Positions 36,702 to 44,928 of a stretch of 59,083 nucleotides of DNA are shown one piece after another. This stretch comes from Gammaproteobacteria bacterium (GTDB taxonomy: Bacteria; Pseudomonadota; Gammaproteobacteria; Pseudomonadales; Azotimanducaceae): the NCBI GenBank assembly GCA_002725285.1, contig PBRC01000030.1, positions 22,117 to 81,199 on the forward strand. Direction: 5' to 3'. Below the pieces are notes generated by a model that saw only the letters and a list, made by a program, of their open reading frames with translations, searched no databases and had not been told where the DNA came from. The position numbers and the translations under genes were made by a program. Every line of letters starts with the position of its first letter. Within the stretch, counting starts at the first letter, position 1.

Positions 36702-37169
36702 GGTATTGCCGAGTTAACTGCCTACAAGTGACAATTCAGCAATGAATAATTCTAAAATGTATAAATGATATCGGTTCCCGCCGGAAATCATCCAATATGC
36801 AGTGTGGCTCTATTTTCGCTTCAACCTCAGTCATCGTGGTATCGAAGATTTGTTAGCTCATCGCGAATTGACTCCGAAATCTGTTCACGACAATGCCCAA
36901 TATGTAAACAATAGAGCTGAGTTATCTCATCAACCAACCAGAGTGACAGAGCGGGGCATGCGGAGCTTCAAATCAATGAAACAAAGCCAGCAATTTCTAA
37001 ACATCCATGCTGCTGTCTATATTGTGTTCAACTTGGGTCGTCATCTAGTGTCAGCTGAGACTTATCGATTTTTCAGATTGTGTTCCTTTGCGTCTTGGAA
37101 AAATGCGGTGATGGTCTAAGAGCTAATTCGACAAAATTCTGAGCGTGGGGAAGTTAATTTGGCGAGACC
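36702..37169 (+). mobile_element. internally deleted IS6-family insertion sequence remnant retaining both terminal inverted repeats
   Basis: The transposase remnant YRFPPEIIQYAVWLYFRFNLSHRGIEDLLAHRE is joined directly to VNNRAELSHQPTRVTERGMRSFKSMKQSQQFLNIHAAVY..YRFF. The IS6 N- and C-terminal motifs are present, but about 130 aa of DDE core are missing and a TGA lies upstream at 36766. The termini GGTATTGCCGAGTTAACTGCC (36702..36722) and the reverse complement of 37149..37169, GGTCTCGCCAAATTAACTTCC, match at 16/21 positions. Confidence 0.65.
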
Positions 37170-37170
37170 C

Positions 37171-38367
37171 TCACTCTTTCTGTTGTGACGATTTGTCTGT
37201 CAGATGCTTCACTGTAAGGTAGATGATAAACCCGGCTAGTCCAGCCAGGCTGGCGATGACATATGCATGAACGTAGCTGCTGTCTGAAGAGTAGATATAT
37301 CCAAGCAGAAAGGGGCCAAGCGCGACACCGAAAGTTGTCAGAAGGTTAGACAGTCCATAGATTCGGCTATAGCTGATCTGACCGTAAACCTCGGCGATGA
37401 GCAGTGGCTGCAGCATGAGAAGGTTACCGATAGTGATACCGAACAGGGCCAGGCTGATCAGAAAAACTGGAATTGAATCAGCCAGCCCCAGACTGAGCAA
37501 TGCGATAAACTGCAACAACATCATCACCAGTGAAAAGATCCCGGTACCGAAACGATCTACAAACACGCCGCCTGCCAGACGTCCGAGAATGCTTGCTGCT
37601 GGAATAACAGAAAGCGCCGCGACAGCCAGTTCCGGCTCCAGCTTTTCACTCAGAAGCCCAAATTGATGGGCAATGCCGCCTACCTGCGCCAGCATTAGAA
37701 ACAGATATGAGATGCTTAAACCCCAGAAGTATTTTTCGCGGATGGCATCCCGATAGTCTGTGCCGGAGGGTACCCAATGGTTGTCTGCATCCTCAATTCC
37801 GCCATCTATCTGCAAACCGATATCACCAGGATACGAACGTAGAATGATAAGCGTCAGCGGTACGGTTCCGAGTAGATAGACCAGGGCGAACAGCCTGGTT
37901 GAAAATGTCAGTCCGAGTTGCTCCAGAAGTAACGCACTTGCAGGGGTCACGACAATCCCGCCAACTGACAGACCCGTTGAAGCCACGGATAGTGCGATCG
38001 CCCTTCGTTCTTCAAACCAGCGTGTAACCAGTGTCGTCGCCGGTAGAAGGCCCGATGCGGCAAAACCAACACCGAAAACAGCATAGGCAAGAAATACCTG
38101 CCATTCCTGTGTCACCAATCCAATGGAAAACAAAGACGCACTGGCGAGGACTGCCCCGGTACAGATTACAAGGCGGATATCATGTTTTTCCAAACTGGCT
38201 GCTACTTGAAGACCAATGAGGCCACTGCACAGAAAGAATATAGAAACCGCAGTGGATGCCATGGTGACTGAAAAACCTCTTTCGAGGACGAGCGCTTGCA
38301 GTACTACCGTGTGGTTATAGAAACCCAGTCCCGATGAAAAAAGCAGGGTAATAAACAACGCCACCAC
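37171..38367 (-). CDS. MFS transporter
   Basis: About 12 TM helices. The first canonical start is GTG 38367. The in-frame upstream sequence SNKIYYGWKIV looks like a native MFS N-terminus, and ATC 38406 is preceded by AGAGGT. The stop codon abuts the IS6 remnant. Confidence 0.75.
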   Translation of the reverse strand: MVALFITLLFSSGLGFYNHTVVLQALVLERGFSVTMASTAVSIFFLCSGLIGLQVAASLEKHDIRLVICTGAVLASASLFSIGLVTQEWQVFLAYAVFGVGFAASGLLPATTLVTRWFEERRAIALSVASTGLSVGGIVVTPASALLLEQLGLTFSTRLFALVYLLGTVPLTLIILRSYPGDIGLQIDGGIEDADNHWVPSGTDYRDAIREKYFWGLSISYLFLMLAQVGGIAHQFGLLSEKLEPELAVAALSVIPAASILGRLAGGVFVDRFGTGIFSLVMMLLQFIALLSLGLADSIPVFLISLALFGITIGNLLMLQPLLIAEVYGQISYSRIYGLSNLLTTFGVALGPFLLGYIYSSDSSYVHAYVIASLAGLAGFIIYLTVKHLTDKSSQQKE

Positions 38368-38511
38368 GATCTTCCAGCCGTAGTAGATTTTATTGGAGGG
38401 ACTGATATGGGCACCTCTGCTCGCTTGGATTAATATGCAACTGGAGTTGGATATCTGCTCATATAAACTTATGATTTGTCCTGGTGCAATCTACGACAAA
38501 GGTAAAACAGC

Positions 38512-39063
38512 ATGCCAGATACAAACATCGAATCACTCGGGGCTCATCACATCGCTTATACGACCCGTGACCCGGAAGCAACCTACGACTTCTACTCTAA
38601 CAAATTAGGAATGCCTCTGCTTAGAACCGAGAATCATCTGCAGGGTGATGGTCATTTCCGCCATTTCTTTTTTGGCATGGGTAATGGTGAGGCACTGGCT
38701 TTTTTTGCTGTGGAGAATGTTGGCGAAGATGCTGATTTCAAAACGGATATTTCAACCGGCCTCGGGCTTCCTGTCTGGGCAAACCACATCGCCTTTAAAC
38801 TCAACACGCTTGAAGAACTGGCGGCCAAGACGCAACAGATGCACGACGGTGGTATCAAGGATATTCTTGAGATTAACCATGGCTGGTGTACCTCAATCTA
38901 CGCGAATGATCCAAACGGCATCATGGTTGAATTCTGCGTCACCACTGATGCAGAACAGTTTGCAGAGCAGACCGAAGAAGAAGCACTGAGGTTGCTCAGA
39001 CTACCAACCAGTGAAATTGCGGCGGAAAGCCGCAAGGAACCAACGGATGCGAAGCGCGTGTGA
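38512..39063 (+). CDS. VOC family (glyoxalase/bleomycin resistance/dioxygenase) protein
   Basis: GAHHIAYTTRDPEATYDFYSNKLGMPL and ANHIAFKL..NGIMVEF show the paired beta-alpha-beta-beta-beta pattern. Confidence 0.7.
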   Translation: MPDTNIESLGAHHIAYTTRDPEATYDFYSNKLGMPLLRTENHLQGDGHFRHFFFGMGNGEALAFFAVENVGEDADFKTDISTGLGLPVWANHIAFKLNTLEELAAKTQQMHDGGIKDILEINHGWCTSIYANDPNGIMVEFCVTTDAEQFAEQTEEEALRLLRLPTSEIAAESRKEPTDAKRV

Positions 39064-39407
39064 AAGTAAGTTGTGCTTACTCCGCTTCGTCGTCTTCCTG
39101 ACCGTAGCTTGAATCAATTCTTACGATGTCAGTCGTGATTTTCTTGAATCTTCCTGCTGGGCCCAGTTTGAAGCCTTGATCAGAAAGATTTTTGTATTGT
39201 CATAATCATCGAGCTGGAAATGGATGTGTCCACGCCAGTCATTGAGGTTAGAACTGAAGGGCATCAATTGATAAACCGCGGTGATGAGTTGCAGTGCTTC
39301 GTCCAGACGGGAGCCAAATCCTGGATGTCTCACACTTCCCTGTACTTTCCTTGAAACCCCGGCTTCTGATACCCTTGGATGTACTGTTGCTTCTTGGGTC
39401 GAAGAGC

Positions 39408-40682
39408 ATGGCTAATATTCAATTTGACGATCGTCTTAAGAACCTCAAAGGTTTATTCCCCGAGACCCCGGATACAATTATTCTCAAAGCTGATGTGCTT
39501 CGTGAAGGTATTAGCTTCAGTCCAGAAATGGCCGAAGCCGGGAGTTGGTCGCTACCTGGCGCCGCCTTCCTCAGCCGGGAGGCCATTCCAGATCGAGAAA
39601 GTTACGGTGCCGACGCTCGTGTACCCAATCAGATGATCCTTGAGGATGACACGCGCATTAATACAGAGCTTGAACAGATCAGCCCCTATGTCATTCGTGG
39701 AAACAGGGAATCTGGTTATTCATTGTGTAGAAATGATATGCCCATTACACCGATTAAGTTTACTGAACGGCCCGTGTTTGACCACGAACTTTCAGACGGT
39801 TCTCCGGTGGCGAGAGCACTTGGCCAAAGGGCAGAGCACTGCGCTGCTATTGTACACACGGTATTTTGTGAATATGGCAGAGACAGTATGGAGTGCACAT
39901 ACTGTTTTCTCGGGAATGTGCAAACACCAAGGATTCTTGAAACGGGGCAGCATTTAAAAGGCACCAGTCACAATCGCACTATCGAAGCTTGCGCGGCAGC
40001 AGCGAAGCTGTTCCGGTTGGATCATGTAGTTGTTAGTGGTGGTGCTTTTGTAGATACCGATCTGGAAGTAAAGTCCTACGTCAAAACCATATCGGCGCTG
40101 CGAAAGGCAGTGGGTCCTGATACACGCATCACTGCCGTGTGTCAGGCATTCGATGAAGCAGGATGGAGAGCGCTGAAAGAAGCTGGCGCCAGTCGCGTAC
40201 AGCCAAATCTTGAAGTATGGGATGAAGAACTCTGGTCCAGGGTGATTCCGGGAAAAGAAAAGGCTATTGGTAAAACCCGTTGGATGGAAGGACTAAAGCA
40301 GGCAGTTGACGTATTCGGTGTGGGTGAAGTCGCCAGTAGTTTTGTCGGTGGTATTGAACTCTGTGATCCACGCATTGCCTACACCGAGGATAAGGCAGTG
40401 GATTCTGCCAGAGCAGCATATGATTCGCTGCTGGAGAAGCAGATTGTGCCAATGTTCGGCATGCTTACCAAAGCTCGTGGTACGCGTTATGAGCATGTTG
40501 ACCTGCCCCCTACTGAGTACTACTTACGACTAGGTTGGGAGAGGACATCCATGATGATCCAGGCAGCTATGTTTGATCAGTATTCAGGTGGCGTGGATTC
40601 GGATTTTTCATGTTATAAATGTGTCAGTCATAAGATCTGTCAGGACTACCCCCGTTTGATGGAACTAAACAATAATTCCTGA
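39408..40682 (+). CDS. radical-SAM-like (BioB/HydE-type barrel) protein with a non-canonical CX8CX2C motif and a ~165-aa N-terminal extension
   Basis: FCEYGRDSMECTYCFLGN is followed by HVVVSGGAFVD (GGE-like), NLEVWDEELWSRVIPGKEKAIG and SSFVGGIEL. The order and spacing resemble radical SAM core motifs. The start is set at ATG 39408. Confidence 0.45.
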   Translation: MANIQFDDRLKNLKGLFPETPDTIILKADVLREGISFSPEMAEAGSWSLPGAAFLSREAIPDRESYGADARVPNQMILEDDTRINTELEQISPYVIRGNRESGYSLCRNDMPITPIKFTERPVFDHELSDGSPVARALGQRAEHCAAIVHTVFCEYGRDSMECTYCFLGNVQTPRILETGQHLKGTSHNRTIEACAAAAKLFRLDHVVVSGGAFVDTDLEVKSYVKTISALRKAVGPDTRITAVCQAFDEAGWRALKEAGASRVQPNLEVWDEELWSRVIPGKEKAIGKTRWMEGLKQAVDVFGVGEVASSFVGGIELCDPRIAYTEDKAVDSARAAYDSLLEKQIVPMFGMLTKARGTRYEHVDLPPTEYYLRLGWERTSMMIQAAMFDQYSGGVDSDFSCYKCVSHKICQDYPRLMELNNNS

Positions 40683-40722
40683 TCGCAAAGGCGTGCCACA
40701 ATTTCCCGTACCTTTTTCCCGG

Positions 40723-41187
40723 CTATTCGTATCGCAACGCAGTAACGGGATTCGACCCGGCAATTTTCAAAGCATGGATGCCAGCAACGGCCCAGGAGAG
40801 TGTGACGCCCGGAATCCCGGCGCCGAGTACGATGCCCACAGCCGATTCCGGTCGATCGGGGAAAAAGTCCAGATAGATGTTGGCAGTAAAATATGAAGCC
40901 GGTAGCGCAACCATTGATGCCCATATCACCGGTCTGGAGAATTGTCAGATCAGTATGCGAACAATCTGCAACAGGTTTGCACCCATGATCTTTCCAATGC
41001 CGATCTCCCTGGTTCGTGGTACCGCCATGAATGCAGCGAGCCCATACAAACCGGTCATGGATAAAGTCAGGGTGACGAAGGAGAATCCGTTTAATACGGA
41101 GGTCAGACCAGAATCAAATTTAAAAAGACGCTCGAATTCTTCATCAAGAAATTCAGACTGAACAGGATAGTCAGGGTTGATATCGTC
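40723..41187 (-). pseudogene. 3' remnant of an FtsX-family (MacB/LolC-like) ABC permease gene with an internal stop codon
   Basis: The minus-strand translation reads DDINPDYPVQSEFLDEEFERLFKFDSGLTSVLNGFSFVTLTLSMTGLYGLAAFMAVPRTREIGIGKIMGANLLQIVRILI*QFSRPVIWASMVAL...ALKIAGSNPVTALRYE*. It has the typical RTREIGI and C-terminal ALRYE motifs. An in-frame TGA lies at 40945..40947, another stop codon at 41188..41190, and there is no N-terminal part. Confidence 0.7.
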
Positions 41188-41373
41188 TCAGACGCTTTCA
41201 GTATGATGCGCGGGTGTCGCATGGTCAAAAATCAGGTTTTTCAGCAGCAAGGTCAGTTGCATGCGATGGATCCAGGATTGTCGTGGTTTAGTGACTTCTA
41301 GGTTGAGCCCCCGAATTTGATGGATCGCGATGGTTTGAAATCAAGATTGGTACTGCCTGTTCTCCAAGGGCGG

Positions 41374-41401
41374 ACAAAAAATGGGCTGGTCAGACCAGCC
41401 C
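41374..41401 (-). terminator. Rho-independent terminator of the peroxiredoxin-glutaredoxin operon
   Basis: On the minus strand, 9 nt after the stop codon, GGGCTGGT-ctg-ACCAGCCC is followed by ATTTTTTGT. Confidence 0.75.
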
Positions 41402-41410
41402 AGGGTGAAG

Positions 41411-41659
41411 TTAATCCAGGAATTGATCCACGAGAAAACTCTTGATTACTTCTGATGCGCGCATCGTCTCACCGTTAACGGTTAAAGTCGGTACGATTGA
41501 ATCGCCACAGAGAGCAATCAATTCGTTTTTGAACTCTTTTTCTTGAATGTCTTTTTGTGTGACTCGATCAGAAATATCGAGATTTCTGATGGTATTGAGC
41601 ACACTTTTAGAAAAACCGCATTCTTGAGAAAAGTAGAGTTCCAGCTGCGGATCAGCCAT
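41411..41659 (-). CDS. glutaredoxin-like thioredoxin-fold protein with a monothiol CGFS motif
   Basis: 82 aa. The sequence has LELYFSQECGFSKSV (the active-site position after beta1), a cis-Pro context VPTLTVNGE, and an ATG overlapping the upstream stop codon by 8 nt (ATGGCTGA). Confidence 0.7.
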   Translation of the reverse strand: MADPQLELYFSQECGFSKSVLNTIRNLDISDRVTQKDIQEKEFKNELIALCGDSIVPTLTVNGETMRASEVIKSFLVDQFLD

Positions 41660-42119
41660 TTACCTTCCTGCATTCATTGAGCAGATCCTCTGCTTTACGT
41701 AATCCGGGTATACCTGCGGATTCCGCATACTGCACAGTACCGTCCTTATCAATAATAATCGTCGCTCTGTCGGTTATCCCCTTGTCGTCATGGTAAACAC
41801 CAAAACTGGTTGCAACCGCGCCTTTTGGGTGAAAGTCCGCCAGTAAAGGGAAAGAAATTCCCCCCAGAGAGCTGGCCCAATTATCATGTGAGAACTTGCT
41901 ATCTACGCTGATACCCAAGACTTGGGTATCTGCCGATTTAAAATCTTCAAGATTCGCCTGAAGATCCGGCATTTCAGTGCTTCAGTTAGGTGTCCAATCG
42001 AGGGGATAGAATACTAACATTACGTTCTTCTCTCCCTTGAATTGAGCTAACGAATAGCTCTTATCAGCCAATTGAGAATCAAGTTCAAAATCGGGTGCTG
42101 TGGTTCCTACTTCTATCAT
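41652..42119 (-). CDS. peroxiredoxin (BCP/PrxQ-like) with in-frame UGA at the peroxidatic Cys position; candidate selenoprotein
   Basis: ORFs 41982..42170 and 41652..41972 share one frame. Read-through gives MIEVGTTAPDFEL..VMLVFYPLDWTPN-U-STEMPDL..DRATIIIDKDG. AGGAGG lies 6 nt upstream of ATG 42119. The TGA is at 41982..41984. Confidence 0.7.
41941..41967 (-). promoter_or_regulatory. SECIS-like stem-loop 14 nt downstream of the in-frame UGA
   Basis: The mRNA segment GGAUCUUCAG-GCGAAUC-UUGAAGAUUU forms 7 Watson-Crick plus 3 G-U pairs. The 7-nt apical loop starts with G and begins 24 nt after the UGA. Confidence 0.5.
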
Positions 42120-42275
42120 CAAAAACCTCCTGATTCGTGTAATAAAGATTGAAAGGCATTCACCTTTCAAGGTGAATCATAGTTCTATCCAGAATCGCAA
42201 ACAAGTTCTGAAATTATTCCCAATAGGTGACACGGGTTATACTCGTGGTTTTAGCAGTCTGATCACGAGGTTTAT

Positions 42276-43046
42276 ATGTCAAAACTAGAAGTGCACCAGT
42301 TCATCTGTTTATCTGATAACTACGGTTACCTGATTCACGACAGCGACAACGACCTGACGGCAGCCATTGATGCGCCGGAAGCGGGCCCCATAAACAAGGC
42401 ACTGGAGGAAAAAGGCTGGAAGTTGAATCATATTCTAAACACACACCATCACTTTGATCATTCTGGCGGAAATGTTGAATTAAAGGAAAAGTGGGGATGC
42501 ACGATTGTTGGTTCGAAAGACGATGCCGAACGAATTCCGGGTATTGATGTAGAGGTCGGGGATGGAGACTCCTTTGAGTTCGGAAGCCATACGGCGCAGG
42601 TATATGATCTTTCGGGCCACACCAGAGGGCATATCGTGTTCTACTTTGCCGAAGACGATGTTCTATTCAGTGGTGATGCACTCTTTGCTCTCGGTTGTGG
42701 ACGTCTGTTTGAAGGTACTCCCCAGCAGATGTGGACCAACCTGCAAAAACTGATCGATTTACCTGATGCAACGCTGGTTTACTGCGCGCATGAGTACACC
42801 CAGGCCAATGCAGCATTTGCGCTGTCAGTCGAACCGGAAAACGAGCAACTGCAGGCGCGGGCAAAAGAAATTGACGTACTGCGAGCAGAAGGTAAACCCA
42901 CGGTTCCTTCGACAATGAAACTCGAAAGGGCAACCAATCCTTTCCTCAGGGCTTCGAGTCCGCAGTTGCAGGCCAACGTCAGTCTAACGGGAGCGGAACT
43001 TGTTGATGTTTTTGCAGAAACTCGTCGGCTTAAAGATAATTTCTGA
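42276..43046 (+). CDS. gloB: hydroxyacylglutathione hydrolase (glyoxalase II)
   Basis: 256 aa. The sequence shows DNYGYLI, NTHHHFDHSGGN (the metallo-beta-lactamase motif), a CAHEYT context and a C-terminal NPFLR. Confidence 0.9.
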   Translation: MSKLEVHQFICLSDNYGYLIHDSDNDLTAAIDAPEAGPINKALEEKGWKLNHILNTHHHFDHSGGNVELKEKWGCTIVGSKDDAERIPGIDVEVGDGDSFEFGSHTAQVYDLSGHTRGHIVFYFAEDDVLFSGDALFALGCGRLFEGTPQQMWTNLQKLIDLPDATLVYCAHEYTQANAAFALSVEPENEQLQARAKEIDVLRAEGKPTVPSTMKLERATNPFLRASSPQLQANVSLTGAELVDVFAETRRLKDNF

Positions 43047-43148
43047 TTAAACCTGGCGTCTCTCAGTGAGTTGATAAAACATAGACACTGACGCTGGTTA
43101 TTAAGTCAGAGTGCCAATCCGTACAACAGTTGTTAAAAGGGGAATGGA

Positions 43149-43904
43149 ATGACCGAAGGGGCGATATATCCGAGCCTGTCTGGTCGACATGTTCTGATAA
43201 CCGGTGGTGCCAGTGGTATTGGTGAAGCATTTGTAGCTGCATTCGCGTCACAGAAAGCAAAGGTAACGTTCCTTGATATTGCTCTTGATGCTGGCCGGAA
43301 TCTTCAATCACGTTTGTCCGCCGACACTGCGTTTATTGAATGCGATCTCACTGATATTGATGCACTCGAATCGTCTGTTGCCAAGGCTCGTATGTTGAAC
43401 GGCAATATCGATGTTCTCATCAACAACGCGGCTAACGATGATCGTCATAACATCGAGGAGGTAAGTCCCGAATACTGGGATAACCGGATTGCCGTTAACC
43501 TCAGGCATCAGTTTTTTGCCGCTCGTGCTGTTGCAGCGGACATGCGTGAGTCAGGTCGGGGCAGTATCATCAATCTCGGTTCTATCAGCTGGCATGTGGG
43601 ATTGGGTGGGATGTCCGTTTATGTGACCAGTAAAGCCGCAATCACGGGCATGACCCGGGCTCTTGCCAGGGAACTGGGTGGTGATCGTATCCGGGTAAAC
43701 TGTATCGTACCAGGTGCCGTCAGAACTGAACGTCAGGTTGAGCACTGGTTGACCCCGGATGCTGAAAAAGAAATTATGGATGGTCAGTGTCTGAAAAAAT
43801 CCATTTTCCCTCAACATGTTGCTTCGATGGGACTCTTTCTTGCTTCGGATGATAGTCTTATGTGTACAGGCCGTGAGTATTTTGTTGATGCGGGTTGGCT
43901 GTAG
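43149..43904 (+). CDS. SDR family oxidoreductase
   Basis: The sequence shows VLITGGASGIGEAF, NNAAND and YVTSKAAITGM. AGGGGA is the RBS. Confidence 0.9.
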   Translation: MTEGAIYPSLSGRHVLITGGASGIGEAFVAAFASQKAKVTFLDIALDAGRNLQSRLSADTAFIECDLTDIDALESSVAKARMLNGNIDVLINNAANDDRHNIEEVSPEYWDNRIAVNLRHQFFAARAVAADMRESGRGSIINLGSISWHVGLGGMSVYVTSKAAITGMTRALARELGGDRIRVNCIVPGAVRTERQVEHWLTPDAEKEIMDGQCLKKSIFPQHVASMGLFLASDDSLMCTGREYFVDAGWL

Positions 43905-44231
43905 TGGGTACACATTGAGTTGAGGTGATTGCCACTTGCCTAAGATAGAAGTCCTGTGCGGGTTAAAGTAAATGATCTCTTCAGCAGGTACCATTCCTGT
44001 TTCCTCCCTAACCTTGCAAAAAAAGAACTTACCTGCATCCCGGTTTTTTCTGATTCCGTTTTCTTTGAGAGATGAATGGTACTTCTAGTTGCTATTTGCA
44101 TTGTTTCGATCCCAGGCTTCCCTTTTCGCATACTCGTTCCGTTCATCCATGCGCTCCGGTCGATCAAACAGCTTCGTAGCTACCGCTGCTGATCGGTTTT
44201 CTCTCCACTTTTGGATGACAAGATGAGACTT

Positions 44232-44927
44232 TCACTTGGAGTATCTTTTTATCGCTGCCAGCGAAAAGTCGTAGTGATGCTTCATCTGATCCGGAAGATA
44301 CTGGTGCTCTTTACCGAGGGGGCAGACCTGCCTGGATATGCAGCGAGACTGGCAGGATGATTCTGCCTGAAGACGATAGTCTGTGCACTGTCTGACCTGA
44401 TATCTATCTGTGGTGACAGCCCTGGCTGGACAGGCTGTGATGCATGGTTCGCGCTCGCAGGTATCACAGGGTGATTCAGGCATAGCAGAGGAATCTGTCG
44501 TATAGGGTGAAAACTCCGTGTTGGTCAACACAGCCCCGCGATAGGCAAACCAGAGTCCGAACACAGGATGGATCCCGAGTCCCATTGTAGAATCGTGGTG
44601 CCAGCCGGCTAACCTGCCCAGGCCCTGAAGTGGCAAGAAGTGGTTCCCCGGGTAGACGGTTTTGTAATCCGAATCCGCAAAAACGCGGTCTATACAATCT
44701 ATGAAGAACGAATCAACGAGATGTGTTTCATCCTGCTGGTTTTTCTGCATACATTGCCAGAGCCTGGTACCGCCATTTCCAAAAAGCATCAGATTTCGAT
44801 ATGCCGTCGATTCCGGTGCATGCTGATGGAGTTGCTCTTTCAAATCATCGGGCAATTGATTGATGACAAAAGAAGCCTGCAGGTTAATACCTTCAGCAAC
44901 AAGTTCTTCCGCAGCAGAATCAGCCAT
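44232..44927 (-). CDS. Fe-S cluster-binding protein resembling the QueG/reductive-dehalogenase superfamily core
   Basis: GIHPVFGLWFAYRGAVLTN is followed by CDTCEREPCITACPARA and CTDYRLQAESSCQSRCISRQVCPLG, which look like two Cys clusters. The start lies 1 nt after the stop codon of the upstream URO-D-like gene. Confidence 0.4.
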   Translation of the reverse strand: MADSAAEELVAEGINLQASFVINQLPDDLKEQLHQHAPESTAYRNLMLFGNGGTRLWQCMQKNQQDETHLVDSFFIDCIDRVFADSDYKTVYPGNHFLPLQGLGRLAGWHHDSTMGLGIHPVFGLWFAYRGAVLTNTEFSPYTTDSSAMPESPCDTCEREPCITACPARAVTTDRYQVRQCTDYRLQAESSCQSRCISRQVCPLGKEHQYLPDQMKHHYDFSLAAIKRYSK

Positions 44928-44928
44928 A

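Noticed and set aside
39121-39333. A 70-aa minus-strand ORF lies between the VOC gene and the radical-SAM-like gene.
   Set aside because: I recognised no family and no clear RBS. It overlaps the 5' extension of the ORF at 39294. It could be real, but I cannot support it.
40945-40947. The in-frame TGA inside the FtsX-like remnant could be a second selenocysteine codon.
   Set aside because: It falls in a TM/loop segment (RILI*QFSRP) where no redox Cys is expected. I saw no convincing hairpin downstream. The gene also lacks its whole 5' half and has another stop codon at 41188, so it is a decayed pseudogene.
43905-44231. The convergent intergenic region with a 75-aa ORF (43940..44167) could hold a hidden gene or an RNA.
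   Set aside because: The ORF has no RBS or motif. I saw no tRNA-like arms or strong conserved structure.
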